Shown here: positions 53,901 to 62,880 of the stretch, one piece after another | Position numbering within the stretch: the first letter of the stretch is position 1 | Layout of the letters: each line of letters opens with the position of its first letter | Assembly (NCBI GenBank): GCA_965200315.1 | Contig: OZ241362.1 | Coordinates: forward strand, 2,400,001 to 2,464,000 | DNA length: 64,000 nt | Source of the DNA: Candidatus Latescibacterota bacterium | GTDB lineage: Bacteria; Latescibacterota; UBA2968; UBA8231 | Direction of reading: 5' to 3' | Program-made: the position numbers and the translations under genes | Notes under the pieces: model-generated | Seen by the model: the letters and a program-made list of their open reading frames with translations, nothing else | Told to the model about the DNA's origin: nothing | The model's database searches: none

Positions 53901-56301
53901 TCGCGCCTTCTTCAATGGACACGCTACCACGCATCGCCGCGGTGTAATCCACATCGCGGACGGCCGAGTTTTCGCTGGCAGCACCGAGCGTGAAGCTGAG
54001 CATCTCAGCCTTTGGAGCGGCTGCCGCTAAGGTAGCCGTGATCCTCATCTCTATCGCTTCACCATTTTCGCGCACCGACGAAGGGCTCGCTTCTACTTTC
54101 TCGACCACACTCACGGGCGGCGCCATCTTAGCGATCTCAATGGTGTAGGTCAGGGCCGCGCTTTCGGCCGGAAGATCTTCACCAGTATCGCCGTCAATCA
54201 CCGTGTAGATGATCTCGGCCGTCCCAGCCGCTGCCGGCGTACCTGAGATGGTCCGCGTGGCCTGATTAAACGACAAGCCAGCGGGCAGATTAGCCGAAAC
54301 GCTGTACGTCAACTCGCCATTGCCGCTAGCTGCCGGCAATTCCATCTCCAACGCCATGCCAGCCGTGCCTTCAATGACCGTATCTGACGCAGCAATATCG
54401 TCTGCGGTGAAGGAAGGTGTGCCGTCGGCCGGAGCCGCCGGAGCCTCTTTCTTGCCCGTATCTGTCAGCTTGATCGTCGCGACGCTGACAGTGATATCTT
54501 CATCTCGTGCGTTTTTGGGCTTGTTTGTGGACTTCAGCTTGATCGTCTCGTCCGCGTCCTCTATCCCGTCGTCCACTGGGGTGATGGAGATCACCCTCGA
54601 TCCACTTACCTCGCCGGCCGGAATCGTCAAAGAGCGAATGATGGCTGTGTAGTCTACATCGCGCGTCGCCGTAGCACCATCACCCTTGACCTTTGGGTCT
54701 TTAGACTCAGTAGGAAGCATATTGCCCAAGACCAAGGTCAGCTTCGCGTCGTCGTCTAACACCTTGCCGTCTAAGGTCGCAGTGATCGTGACATCCGTCT
54801 CCCCTGCGTCCTCCTTTATCTCAGCAGGATCCGCCGACAGCTTTATGTTCTTGCTATTCGAGTCGTCGTCGGTAATCGTGATCGTAACTTCACCATCACT
54901 ATTTCCGACTGTAGCTTGGATAACAACCTCTCTCGGATCATTCGGAGCATTGTCGTTTATGGTGGTGAAGATGAGCGTCGCCGTCCCCGAGGTCTCGCCG
55001 GCGGGAATTGTGAGAGGATCACCGAATTCCGCCGTGTAATTCACATCGCGTTCAGCATTATTCTCTCCCAAAATAGAGAAGCTCACCGCCGCGTCATCCA
55101 ATAGGGCATTCGCCAACGTAACTTTCAGCTCGATCGGTGTCCGCCCAGCTTCTTCGCGTATCGAAGCCGGAGTTGCTGAAATTTTATCATCTTTAATGTC
55201 AGCAATTGGCTTTTCCGTTATCGTGAGCCTTGCGCTGCTAACCTTTATGTCTTGCTCCTCGTCTTCATTAGTGGTATCGGCGTTATATCTAAGGTCGAGA
55301 TCCCTAGGTGCATTGATCGTGACTTTACTTCCGCCTCCGTCTTGTTTGGGATTAATAGTAAACGTCGCTGTACTCGACACACTATTCCTTGGGATTGTTA
55401 GACGGCCCAAACCCGATATGGTGTAATCCGTATCGCGTGTCGCCTCATCTCCTGCATTTGTTGTGTCCTCGTCATCGGGTCTAACGATCAAAGAAAAAGA
55501 CAGGTCCTTGCCCACCGTCTCGCCATTTAGGGTGGCTTCCACCGTGATCGTGGTCGGACCAGCCTCTTGGCTTACCTCTTTTGGGGAAAGCGAAAGAGTG
55601 ATTTCGTTAGTTGGCTGGTCGGCGTCAATCAGTGTAAGAGTATCAGAGGCAGGAGCTGTACCTATACTACCGGACGCGACGATTAGGATATTAAGATTCC
55701 TATCATCGCCAGTACCAGAAATAGGAGTGAACACGATCGTCCCTGTCGCCTCGTCTTTGCCCTTCGGAATCATGAGGGTAGGCAGCGTTATGCGGAATCT
55801 ATCATTGAGTCCGGTTTGAGTACCAAGCCCCAATATCACATACGTATCATCGGAATCATTCTTCTTAGCAGCTTTGATCTTCACCGTAAGGTTGGTCGCC
55901 TTGGCATCCTCGCGGATTTTATCAGGACTCACCGTCAGCATATAGTCCGGGGAGGCTGTCGGCGTCGCTTGTGTCTCGTCAACTCTTTTACCACTACCGG
56001 GGTCGAATAATACAAAAATGTGCGGCATCTCATTCACCAAAGGAAAGATCACCTCTCCAGACCCCACAGGATCTTCTTTCCAAGTTTTTAGAGAATTACC
56101 GGAACTTAACACTCGGTATTTCACCACGAAATTACCCCCACCATCCCAAGTTAGTGTTACCTTTCCGTCACCCTCCATCGCCGATAGTGTCTGCGCTTCC
56201 AAGGAACTTGTTGTCAGCAGGAAGCCGACAGCCGCAAAGGCAGCGAACAGTCCGCCGCCAAGCCGGGTCAGCATAGTTCCCCAAAACTTCGTGTGTATCA
56301 T
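50974..56301 (-). CDS. 1775-aa modular surface protein (Calx-beta-like x6, putative-Ig x3, Fn3-like, dockerin-like, cohesin-like, FlgD-Ig CTD)
   Basis: Signal peptide. Repeats S.P..I.E..G.T.ITATL.G...A.RDVDY. LPAGLSF...TRT.SGTP x3. Duplicated FDDFF.FADNFG. CTD NYPNPFNPATTI...KKMLLLK. GGAGG RBS. Confidence 0.85.
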   Translation of the reverse strand: MIHTKFWGTMLTRLGGGLFAAFAAVGFLLTTSSLEAQTLSAMEGDGKVTLTWDGGGNFVVKYRVLSSGNSLKTWKEDPVGSGEVIFPLVNEMPHIFVLFDPGSGKRVDETQATPTASPDYMLTVSPDKIREDAKATNLTVKIKAAKKNDSDDTYVILGLGTQTGLNDRFRITLPTLMIPKGKDEATGTIVFTPISGTGDDRNLNILIVASGSIGTAPASDTLTLIDADQPTNEITLSLSPKEVSQEAGPTTITVEATLNGETVGKDLSFSLIVRPDDEDTTNAGDEATRDTDYTISGLGRLTIPRNSVSSTATFTINPKQDGGGSKVTINAPRDLDLRYNADTTNEDEEQDIKVSSARLTITEKPIADIKDDKISATPASIREEAGRTPIELKVTLANALLDDAAVSFSILGENNAERDVNYTAEFGDPLTIPAGETSGTATLIFTTINDNAPNDPREVVIQATVGNSDGEVTITITDDDSNSKNIKLSADPAEIKEDAGETDVTITATLDGKVLDDDAKLTLVLGNMLPTESKDPKVKGDGATATRDVDYTAIIRSLTIPAGEVSGSRVISITPVDDGIEDADETIKLKSTNKPKNARDEDITVSVATIKLTDTGKKEAPAAPADGTPSFTADDIAASDTVIEGTAGMALEMELPAASGNGELTYSVSANLPAGLSFNQATRTISGTPAAAGTAEIIYTVIDGDTGEDLPAESAALTYTIEIAKMAPPVSVVEKVEASPSSVRENGEAIEMRITATLAAAAPKAEMLSFTLGAASENSAVRDVDYTAAMRGSVSIEEGATSASTTLTLTPLDNDATDGNKYIVVRAQASGGSESATIKIADDETASTSISLSANPNAVNENDGQTVGTITATLDGKVLDADQKVIISVDPNSEAARDEDYQMLFDAELTIPAGEVSGSVNFVIDPRIDADDEGSETITLVGTPTGGAALAGGTVTIKLDDYDAPMDAPPLTFAEGTMIDGIEATAGTAIADVTLPEATGGLGDIAYSVSELPAGLSFDADTRTLSGTPEAEDTMEVTYTAAAGDENVSLTFSIKVNAMLDFGDLGSLFGALTGGAGKANPADEHDEGAIRLFVDVPVSLTLPAVESGGTPPLTYSVSGLPAGLSFDPATRTVSGTPTTESEVSIVTYTVMDASGASQSIPVPVVVVLPPLDAPDNLVAEDYKGADGLGDQGGFVMLSWELSEHHDRLDGYRIFRALPVLGNEMVPWAMVDAVPGVEMGRAIVATLDNVSTRWGIAAESGGRTTHGAAKAVFVSAENLNQPYELMAETLMASREAAQAGDGPVFASLLPEALAYAQGVAPKLNVIDGVLSSALTITEEAVRATDDIPPLAVPSLSVLDAPNDQGSRIVLTWALSPSDRLLQGVIAGAVGPAELDPVVGVHGYSIYRRAAGEDEFVMIAQVDAGVASFVDETALNGVHYTYQVRPYDLDNETGSDVEQTAMAVRNSVVDSEGRTIFGLFGTDSRIGFDDFFIFADNFGLTAADAGFDPAFDLAPNAAIDFDDFFVFADNFGRSTAAAGKRVPMFAGLNADARLYLDARTALPNVGEDFVLDVRLADFTALKGYGLQVQYEADKLAFVEVRTDQPLGGSALATPQVLADQAGVLTVATHGALVADGAVALSLVFRPTVEIESTRIEVTDTQTYDSAFGFNRLARPAPVQVQTRPAVFSLADNYPNPFNPATTIQYALPQAADVALTVYNVLGQPVRTLVAEHQSAGRYVVEWDATNDSGHSLSSGMYFYRLEASGEFLEVKKMLLLK

Positions 56302-56467
56302 TATTTAACCTCCCCAGGGAAAGAATCCCTGATTAAGAAGAAAGTGGTATAAGAAGATGGATTTGCTTTAAACCCACTGAGATATTGCGTTCGTGCGTTT
56401 CTCATACGCCCCCTTTCGCGGCTTTTTCGTTCATAACGCTAGCGCATTATCCTATACAATAGAGTTA

Positions 56468-56496
56468 ATTATACCGAGAAAAAATAGAAGTGTCAA
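56468..56496 (-). promoter_or_regulatory. Perfect-consensus sigma70 promoter
   Basis: TTGACA (56496-56491), 17 nt, TATAAT (56473-56468), with AT-rich sequence upstream; about 160 nt before the 1775-aa gene. Confidence 0.85.
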
Positions 56497-56642
56497 GAAT
56501 AAATTCCCTGCAAAAACTTTAGCTAAAACGCCCTTTATCCCTTGTAAAAACGGTAATTTTCCAGAAGAGCGAGAGCGATGGCACTCTTTTAACACGGGCC
56601 GTCAACTGTGGCAGAAGTCCGTCGGGTCCGTTCACCTGCCGT

Positions 56643-57335
56643 TCACTCCTGTGGCTCATACGATTCAGACGCCTCGGCCACGCGGTCTCCCGCATCCGGA
56701 CGCTCCACTCGATACGAAAGCCCGGCCCGAATCGTCTCCAGCATCCCATTCATCCGCGCCTGTTCCTGCTCCAGCCGACCCACCCGCGCCGCCAACACAT
56801 CCATCTTCTCGCTCAACCGCACCTGTTCCTGCTCCAGCCGACCCACCCGCGCCGCCAACACATCCATCTTCTCGCTCAACCGCACCTGTTCCTGCTCCAG
56901 CCGACCCACCTGCGCCGCCAACGCATCCATCCTCTCGTCCTGACGCGCCGCCAACGCATCCATCTTTTCGCTCAACCGCGCCTGTTCCTGCTCCAGCCGA
57001 CCCACCTGCGCCGCCAACGCATCCATCCTCTCGTCCTGACGCGCCGCCAACGCATCCATCTTCTCGTCCTGACGCGCCGCCAACGCATCCATCTTTTCGC
57101 TCAACCGCACCTGTTCCTGCTCCAGCCGACCCATCCGCACCGCCAACGCATCCATCTTCTCGTCCTGACGCGCCGCAAGATCATCGATCCTCTTGTCCAA
57201 CCGGTCTGAAAGCACCCGCATATCAGCGCGAATACTCCGCGTCGTAGCCAGTATTAACCCCGCCAACGCGATACCGACGCCTACAAACGCGATACCGACG
57301 CCTACAATAGTCCAATCTATCGTGCCACTATCCAT
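56643..57335 (-). CDS. Membrane-anchored tandem-repeat coiled-coil protein (about 230 aa)
   Basis: N-terminal TM (IVGVGIAFVGVGIALAGLIL), then 11-aa QDEKMDALAAR and 21-aa VGRLEQEQVRLSEKMDALAAR units. Confidence 0.75.
   Translation of the reverse strand: MDSGTIDWTIVGVGIAFVGVGIALAGLILATTRSIRADMRVLSDRLDKRIDDLAARQDEKMDALAVRMGRLEQEQVRLSEKMDALAARQDEKMDALAARQDERMDALAAQVGRLEQEQARLSEKMDALAARQDERMDALAAQVGRLEQEQVRLSEKMDVLAARVGRLEQEQVRLSEKMDVLAARVGRLEQEQARMNGMLETIRAGLSYRVERPDAGDRVAEASESYEPQE
56755..57177. repeat. Intragenic tandem array of 33-bp and 63-bp units
   Basis: Repeated CCTGTTCCTGCTCCAGCCGACCCA (x5) and CGCCAAC[GA]CATCCATC (x8). Confidence 0.9.
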
Positions 57336-57389
57336 AACAGACGCCTCTTCTAAAGCCGTCGGCAAATATCACCGACCTCCATTCATTTG

Positions 57390-59828
57390 TCAACCATCCC
57401 GCCGCCCCCGCCGCCACGCGGCCACCACCACACCCACAACCACCACCAACCCGACCAAACCCACGCCCCGCGCCCAAGCCAACACCGGCGAAAAATAGCG
57501 AAACTCCACCTCGTGCTCCCCGGCCGGCAAGGCCACGCCCTTCCATATATAATGGACACGCAACATCTCGGCCTCCTCCCCATCCACCCACACCGACCAA
57601 TTCGACTGGTAATTCTCCGACACCACCAACACGCGCGGCCCCGCACTCTGCGTCCGCAGGCGAATCAAACCCTCCTTTGGATCGTACGCCAGCCGCTCCA
57701 CCCGGTCGCCCGCCCGGTCGCCCGCACCATCGAGCCGCACGGCCGGCACATTCTCCAGCAATGCCACGCCCTGCGGGTCCACCCGCCCGCTCAGCAGCCG
57801 CGCCAACACCGCCTCGCCGCTGTCCAACACCTCGGCTTCCGGCACCAAGTAGAACCACGGCAACGCCTGCGGATTTTCGTACAAGCGAAAACGCTCGCCC
57901 TCAAAGCGCAGCGGATAGGCCGCTGTATTCAATTCTAGAGGTTTGGGCACAGCCAAGTACTTGCCATTGAGCAAATTCAACAAAGATTGAAACCCAGCCG
58001 ACGGCGCACCCGTGCGCAAAAACTGCTGCACCAGCGGCTCAAACTCCTTCAGCATCCGATCGTAGCGCCCCACCGTCAGATCGTGAAAGCCGGTGATGGA
58101 CCAAACGCCGCGCAAGTGATAACCCGGCTCCTCCAGCACCCGGAAGCTAGGCAAGGGCAAGATGCGAAAAAGCGAATCGTCGCTTTGCAAAAACTGCACC
58201 GCGCGCGGATTTTCTCGGCGAATATCCGCATAGTGCCCCGGATCCCGATAGTGCAAATAAACCCGATCAACGCGCCACGTGTCGAACAGCGTCACCGCAC
58301 ACAAGCCCACCACCAAGGCGGTCGCCGAAAGCTGCCCCCCCAGCCGCAGAAAGAGCAATACCACGCCCGCACCCACCGCCAGCACCACGTACCAGCCGCC
58401 GCGCGCGATCCAATCGTAGCTCCCAGCCAACACCGCCTGCTTCTGCGGCGCAATGTCTTGGTAAAACACATTTATCCACGCCTCAGTAGCCTCCTTCGGA
58501 AAGAGCGCGACCACCAAGGCCAGCGCCGCGAGCATGCCGCCGATGTATGCCAAGCGCTTCCGCAGCAAGGTGCGCTCATCCGCGTCGGCGTCCAACACCC
58601 GCTGCAACCCCAACCCGGCCAGCGCACACCCGGCAAACGCAAACACAAACGAGCCCATGCCAATGGCGCGCTGCACATCGGCCCCCGGCAGCAAGTGAAA
58701 CGCCAGCCAATGCACGGGCGTGTGCTCGCCCAACACGTAGGCCAACGCCAGCACAAACACGCCGCCCAGCAGCGCCACTTGCGGACGCCGCCACTCCAGC
58801 ACCATCAGCAGCGCCAATAGAACAGCCATCACGCCAAAGTACTCGGAGTTGATCTTAAACGCATTGCGGCCCCAATAGCGCGAGCCGCCCTGTACCAGCA
58901 CATTGTCGTACCCACCGAACTCCGGCACCACCAGCGACGCCACCTCTTCGGGATGCAGCGACCAACTCCGCGCATACGCGAGTTGTTCCTCCACCGTCTT
59001 GCCCCCTACCTCATCGCCCGTGGCTCGCTTGGACTCGGCGCGGGTATAGAGCATCACCGGAAACGCCCCCTCGGCCCCCAACGCCAAACCCAGTACCACA
59101 GCACCTATAAAATGAATAAAGCGCCGGACGATAGCCCGCTCGCGGCGCATCTGGTACAATTTAAATAGGAAATAGATGCCGAGGCCCAGCAGCGCGAAAT
59201 ACGTCATCGGCGGATGAGAGTAAATACACGCCCCAATCAGCACCCCGACCGCTGCCCAATAAATCAGCCGACGCTGCGCCAAGGCCCGTTCCAACGCCCA
59301 GCAAATCCACGGGAACAGGGCGATGACGCCCATCTTGGCGTAGTGCCCGGCCAAGGGAAACGCCAAGAAGGCCGGCGCAGACATAAACGCCACTCCGCCC
59401 CACAGTGCGGCGCGGCTGCCCACGTGGATTTGCCGCAAGTACGCGTACATCCCCAAGCCAGCGACAAACATCGTCAGGATATAGCGCCAGCCAATATACC
59501 GCTGAAAGCTCGTAAAAAAGTACAGGACGTATGCTGGGAAGTACTGGGGACGAATGGCCTCGGACTGGGGGAAGCCGCCCATCTTGGGGTCCCACATCGG
59601 CTGGTCCACAGTCTGCACCTTGTCCCAGAAGCTCAGGTCCGCGCCCTTGTGGTAATCCGTCCCCACGTCCATGCCAAAGACGATCTTGTCCGACAGGGGG
59701 AACTCGTAGAAATACAGCAGGCTCAAGGCGAGGAAGAAAACCAGCGGAAAAAATCGGTGATTCCACAAGGGCGGCTTATCGGCCTTTGCCGGTGCTTGGG
59801 TTTTGGCGCGTTTGTTCTTTTTAACCAT
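57390..59828 (-). CDS. YfhO-family polytopic membrane protein (GT-C-like glycosyltransferase)
   Basis: PMWDPKMGGFP, many TMs, and a C-terminal soluble domain with LVVSENY..NW...VDG and LPAGEHEVEFRY. Confidence 0.8.
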   Translation of the reverse strand: MVKKNKRAKTQAPAKADKPPLWNHRFFPLVFFLALSLLYFYEFPLSDKIVFGMDVGTDYHKGADLSFWDKVQTVDQPMWDPKMGGFPQSEAIRPQYFPAYVLYFFTSFQRYIGWRYILTMFVAGLGMYAYLRQIHVGSRAALWGGVAFMSAPAFLAFPLAGHYAKMGVIALFPWICWALERALAQRRLIYWAAVGVLIGACIYSHPPMTYFALLGLGIYFLFKLYQMRRERAIVRRFIHFIGAVVLGLALGAEGAFPVMLYTRAESKRATGDEVGGKTVEEQLAYARSWSLHPEEVASLVVPEFGGYDNVLVQGGSRYWGRNAFKINSEYFGVMAVLLALLMVLEWRRPQVALLGGVFVLALAYVLGEHTPVHWLAFHLLPGADVQRAIGMGSFVFAFAGCALAGLGLQRVLDADADERTLLRKRLAYIGGMLAALALVVALFPKEATEAWINVFYQDIAPQKQAVLAGSYDWIARGGWYVVLAVGAGVVLLFLRLGGQLSATALVVGLCAVTLFDTWRVDRVYLHYRDPGHYADIRRENPRAVQFLQSDDSLFRILPLPSFRVLEEPGYHLRGVWSITGFHDLTVGRYDRMLKEFEPLVQQFLRTGAPSAGFQSLLNLLNGKYLAVPKPLELNTAAYPLRFEGERFRLYENPQALPWFYLVPEAEVLDSGEAVLARLLSGRVDPQGVALLENVPAVRLDGAGDRAGDRVERLAYDPKEGLIRLRTQSAGPRVLVVSENYQSNWSVWVDGEEAEMLRVHYIWKGVALPAGEHEVEFRYFSPVLAWARGVGLVGLVVVVGVVVAAWRRGRRDG

Positions 59829-59845
59829 AGAATCCTTCCAGCGGC

Positions 59846-60964
59846 CTAATCTCGTCCCATTTTCTCAACCGTCCGCAAATACACGTTCTCCAAATTCTCG
59901 GCCAACCGATCCCAACCAAACCGCCCGGCCCACACCCGACCCGCCGCCGCCAAGGCCCGCCGCCTTGCGTCGTCAGCAATCAGCGCCCGCATCCCGGCCG
60001 CCAAAGCACCCACATCCTCGGGGGGGACCAACACCCCAGTCTCGTCGTGGCGCACGGCATCGCGCAAACCGTCAATGTCCGTACCCAATACAGCCTTGCC
60101 AGCAGCAGCAGCTTCTACAGCCACCATGCACCAACCCTCGTAGCGAGACGGGACGCAGACCATGAGTGCGCGTCGCAAGAGCTCACCTTGTCGTTCCTCT
60201 TCCACATTCCCGATTATCTCCCCCCGGCCCTCCAGTCCCGCCCGCCGCACCAAGTCGCGCACCTTAGCGAGTTGCTGCGGAGTGCCGCGCCCGGCCAGCT
60301 TGAGACGGAGCTCAGGATGCTCGGCGGCAATCTCGGCAAACGCGGCGATCAACAGGTCAATCCCCTTGGTGTGGATATCCATGCGCCCAAAGTAGAGCAA
60401 GTACGGCGCTTCCTCGGGCACCAGTGAGAAAAAACGCCGATCGACGCCGCTGTACACTAGATCAACCTCGGCATCGCGGGCGCGGCGCTGAATGCGCGCT
60501 TGCACACTAGGAGCAATCGTCAAAATTCGCCCATAAGTGCGCAGGACACGCCGCTCGCACAACCACGCCACGCCACCCGCCAGCGGATGCTTGGCAAGGG
60601 CGTGCCATCCCATGAAATGATAAAACAAAAGCAGCCCCTGTCTCCGCAACGCAGCCGGAACGCGCAAAGGTGCGAAGGCCGAAAACTCGTTGATCCACAG
60701 ATCCCACTCTAGCCGCTGCAACTGGGCTACGGCCTCGCGGCAATAGCCCACACGGCTCAAGGCATAGCTGCGGGCTGAGCCAACGCGCAGCAGGCGCAGG
60801 CCGTGCCGTTCGGTTTCTAACTCGGCTCCGGGGAACAGGCCACTGACGACCGTGATCTCGTGGCGGCCGGACAAGCGGCGATAGAGCTCCATCGCCCGCA
60901 CCGCGCCGCCGCCACCCAACCACGGATTGGCGATGTCGTCGTACATCAGATGGCAAATTTTCAT
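59846..60964 (-). CDS. Glycosyltransferase family 4
   Basis: GGGAV, YFGRMD..KGIDLL, PSRYEGWCMVAVEA, DETGVLV. Confidence 0.9.
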   Translation of the reverse strand: MKICHLMYDDIANPWLGGGGAVRAMELYRRLSGRHEITVVSGLFPGAELETERHGLRLLRVGSARSYALSRVGYCREAVAQLQRLEWDLWINEFSAFAPLRVPAALRRQGLLLFYHFMGWHALAKHPLAGGVAWLCERRVLRTYGRILTIAPSVQARIQRRARDAEVDLVYSGVDRRFFSLVPEEAPYLLYFGRMDIHTKGIDLLIAAFAEIAAEHPELRLKLAGRGTPQQLAKVRDLVRRAGLEGRGEIIGNVEEERQGELLRRALMVCVPSRYEGWCMVAVEAAAAGKAVLGTDIDGLRDAVRHDETGVLVPPEDVGALAAGMRALIADDARRRALAAAGRVWAGRFGWDRLAENLENVYLRTVEKMGRD

Positions 60965-60982
60965 GGGCGGCAAGCCTGCGCC

Positions 60983-61579
60983 TCAGAGCACGCCCTTGGT
61001 CGAAGGAATGCCCTGGACCCGCTCGCTCCGCTGCGCGGCCATGAGCAGAGCGCGAGCGAACGCCTTGAAGAGAGCCTCAATGCCGTGGTGGGCATTGTGG
61101 CCGCGCACGAGGTCGAGATGCAGATTCATCCGGCCTTGATCGGCCACGGCGTAGAAAAACTCGCGCACTAAGGACACCGGCAGTGCGCCGACCCGCTCCT
61201 CGCTGAAAGCCGCGGCAAAAACCAAATAGGCCCGACCCGACAAATCCACCACCGCTCGCGCGAGCGCTTCGTCCATGGGCACGTAGCTGTGGCCGTAGCG
61301 CTGGATGCCGGCCTTGTCGCCCAAGGCTTGGGCAATGGCTTGGCCGAGGCAGATGCCTACATCTTCCACGGTGTGGTGGGCATCCACGTGCAAGTCGCCG
61401 CGACATTGGACCTCTAGGTCGCACAGGCCGTGCCGAGCCAAGGCGTGGAGCATATGGTCGAAGAAGCCGAGGCCGGTGTCGGCGCAGCACTGGCCGCTGC
61501 CGTCGAGGCACAACCGCAACTCGATTTCGGTCTCGGTCGTCTGGCGCACAATCTGCGCCGTGCGTTGATCTGCGCTCAT
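60983..61579 (-). CDS. hisB: Imidazoleglycerol-phosphate dehydratase
   Basis: FFDHML, DAHHTVED, PMDEAL, NAHHGIEALFKAF, PSTKG. Confidence 0.97.
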   Translation of the reverse strand: MSADQRTAQIVRQTTETEIELRLCLDGSGQCCADTGLGFFDHMLHALARHGLCDLEVQCRGDLHVDAHHTVEDVGICLGQAIAQALGDKAGIQRYGHSYVPMDEALARAVVDLSGRAYLVFAAAFSEERVGALPVSLVREFFYAVADQGRMNLHLDLVRGHNAHHGIEALFKAFARALLMAAQRSERVQGIPSTKGVL

Positions 61580-62880
61580 GGTGCAGCCTGCTGTTGGCGG
61601 ATACGCACGGCCTGCGCGTGGGCTTCAAGGCCCTCGGCTTGTGCCAGGCGGGCGATGTGCTCGGCTGTGTGGGCCAAGCGCTCGGGGGTATAGGCGATGA
61701 TGCTCGTCGTCTTGACGAAATCGGCCCACCCCAACGACGAGGCATAGCGGGCCGCGCCTTGGGTCGGCAGCACGTGGTTGGTGCCAGCAAAGTAATCGCC
61801 GACCGGCTCACTGGCCGCCGCGCCGAGGAACAGCGCACCGCAGTGGCGAATGGAATCCACCCAGCGCCACGGGTTGGCTACCTGCAATTCGGCGTGTTCG
61901 GGCGCCAAGCGGTTGAGCAGTTCAATCCCCACTTCGAGGCTAGGCACCACGACAATCGCGCCGTATTCTTCTAGAGCACTATCTATAATTGAATAGCGCG
62001 GAAGCGCCGCTCGTTGCGCTTCAAGCTCCTTCTGCACGCAGTGCGCCAAGGCCACGCAATCCGTGATGCACACACACGCCACTCCCCAGCCGTGCTCAGC
62101 CTGTGAAAGCAAATCCGCAGCTACCAAGCGCGGGTCAGCCGCCGCGTCGGCGAGCACCACAATTTCCGACGGGCCGGGCAACAGCGCGATGCCCACTGTG
62201 CCGAAGACTTGTCGCTGCGCGGCCACCGTATAGGGGGAACCCGGACCGACGATTTTGTGTACCGGCGGAATGCTCTCCGTGCCATAGGCAAGCGCACCCA
62301 CGGCCTGCGCCCCACCCACGGCGTACACTTCGTCAATACCCAACAGGCGTGCGGCAGCCGCAATCACTGGGGCGGGGCGACCAGCCGCTACTGGCGGCGT
62401 GACCACGCAGAGCTGGTCCACACCAGCCACCTGCGCAGGCACGGCCGTCATCAGCAGGCTCGAAAACAGCGGCACTTCGCCGGCCGGCACACACAGCCCC
62501 ACCCGTTCTATGGGCGTGATTTTCTTGCCCAGCATCACCCCGTCGCCATCTTCGACAAACCACGAGTTGAGCTTTTGCCGCTCGTGGAAGGCGCGAATAT
62601 TGGCTACTGCCGCCTCCATAGAAACGCGCAGGCTTGGGTCCAGCGCGGCATCGGCCTCGGCGAGCACAGAGGCTGATACCCGCAACTGCCCAGGGCCCAC
62701 TTCCACGCCATCGAAGCGCTGCGTCAGCGCGCACAGCGAGGCATCGCCTTCTTTCCGCACCTGCCGCAGGATGTCCCGCACCGCATCTTCGACCTCGGGG
62801 TCGGATTCGGGGCGGCGCGCCAGCAGGGCGGCGAGTGGGGCGGCGAGCGGCTCGGAGGGATAGGACGCAATGGGGATCAT
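61576..62880 (-). CDS. hisD: Histidinol dehydrogenase
   Basis: GGAQAVGALAYGT, KIVGPG, GPSE, DLLSQAEH, APEH, GDYFAGTNHVLPT, EGLEAHA. Confidence 0.97.
   Translation of the reverse strand: MIPIASYPSEPLAAPLAALLARRPESDPEVEDAVRDILRQVRKEGDASLCALTQRFDGVEVGPGQLRVSASVLAEADAALDPSLRVSMEAAVANIRAFHERQKLNSWFVEDGDGVMLGKKITPIERVGLCVPAGEVPLFSSLLMTAVPAQVAGVDQLCVVTPPVAAGRPAPVIAAAARLLGIDEVYAVGGAQAVGALAYGTESIPPVHKIVGPGSPYTVAAQRQVFGTVGIALLPGPSEIVVLADAAADPRLVAADLLSQAEHGWGVACVCITDCVALAHCVQKELEAQRAALPRYSIIDSALEEYGAIVVVPSLEVGIELLNRLAPEHAELQVANPWRWVDSIRHCGALFLGAAASEPVGDYFAGTNHVLPTQGAARYASSLGWADFVKTTSIIAYTPERLAHTAEHIARLAQAEGLEAHAQAVRIRQQQAAP

Noticed and set aside
56755-57177. Possible CRISPR array
   Set aside because: No unique spacers, units are multiples of 3 within one ORF, and no cas genes are present.
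56393-57247. 284-aa Pro-rich plus-strand ORF
   Set aside because: Antisense reading of the coiled-coil tandem repeat; the minus frame has a TM and coherent periodicity.
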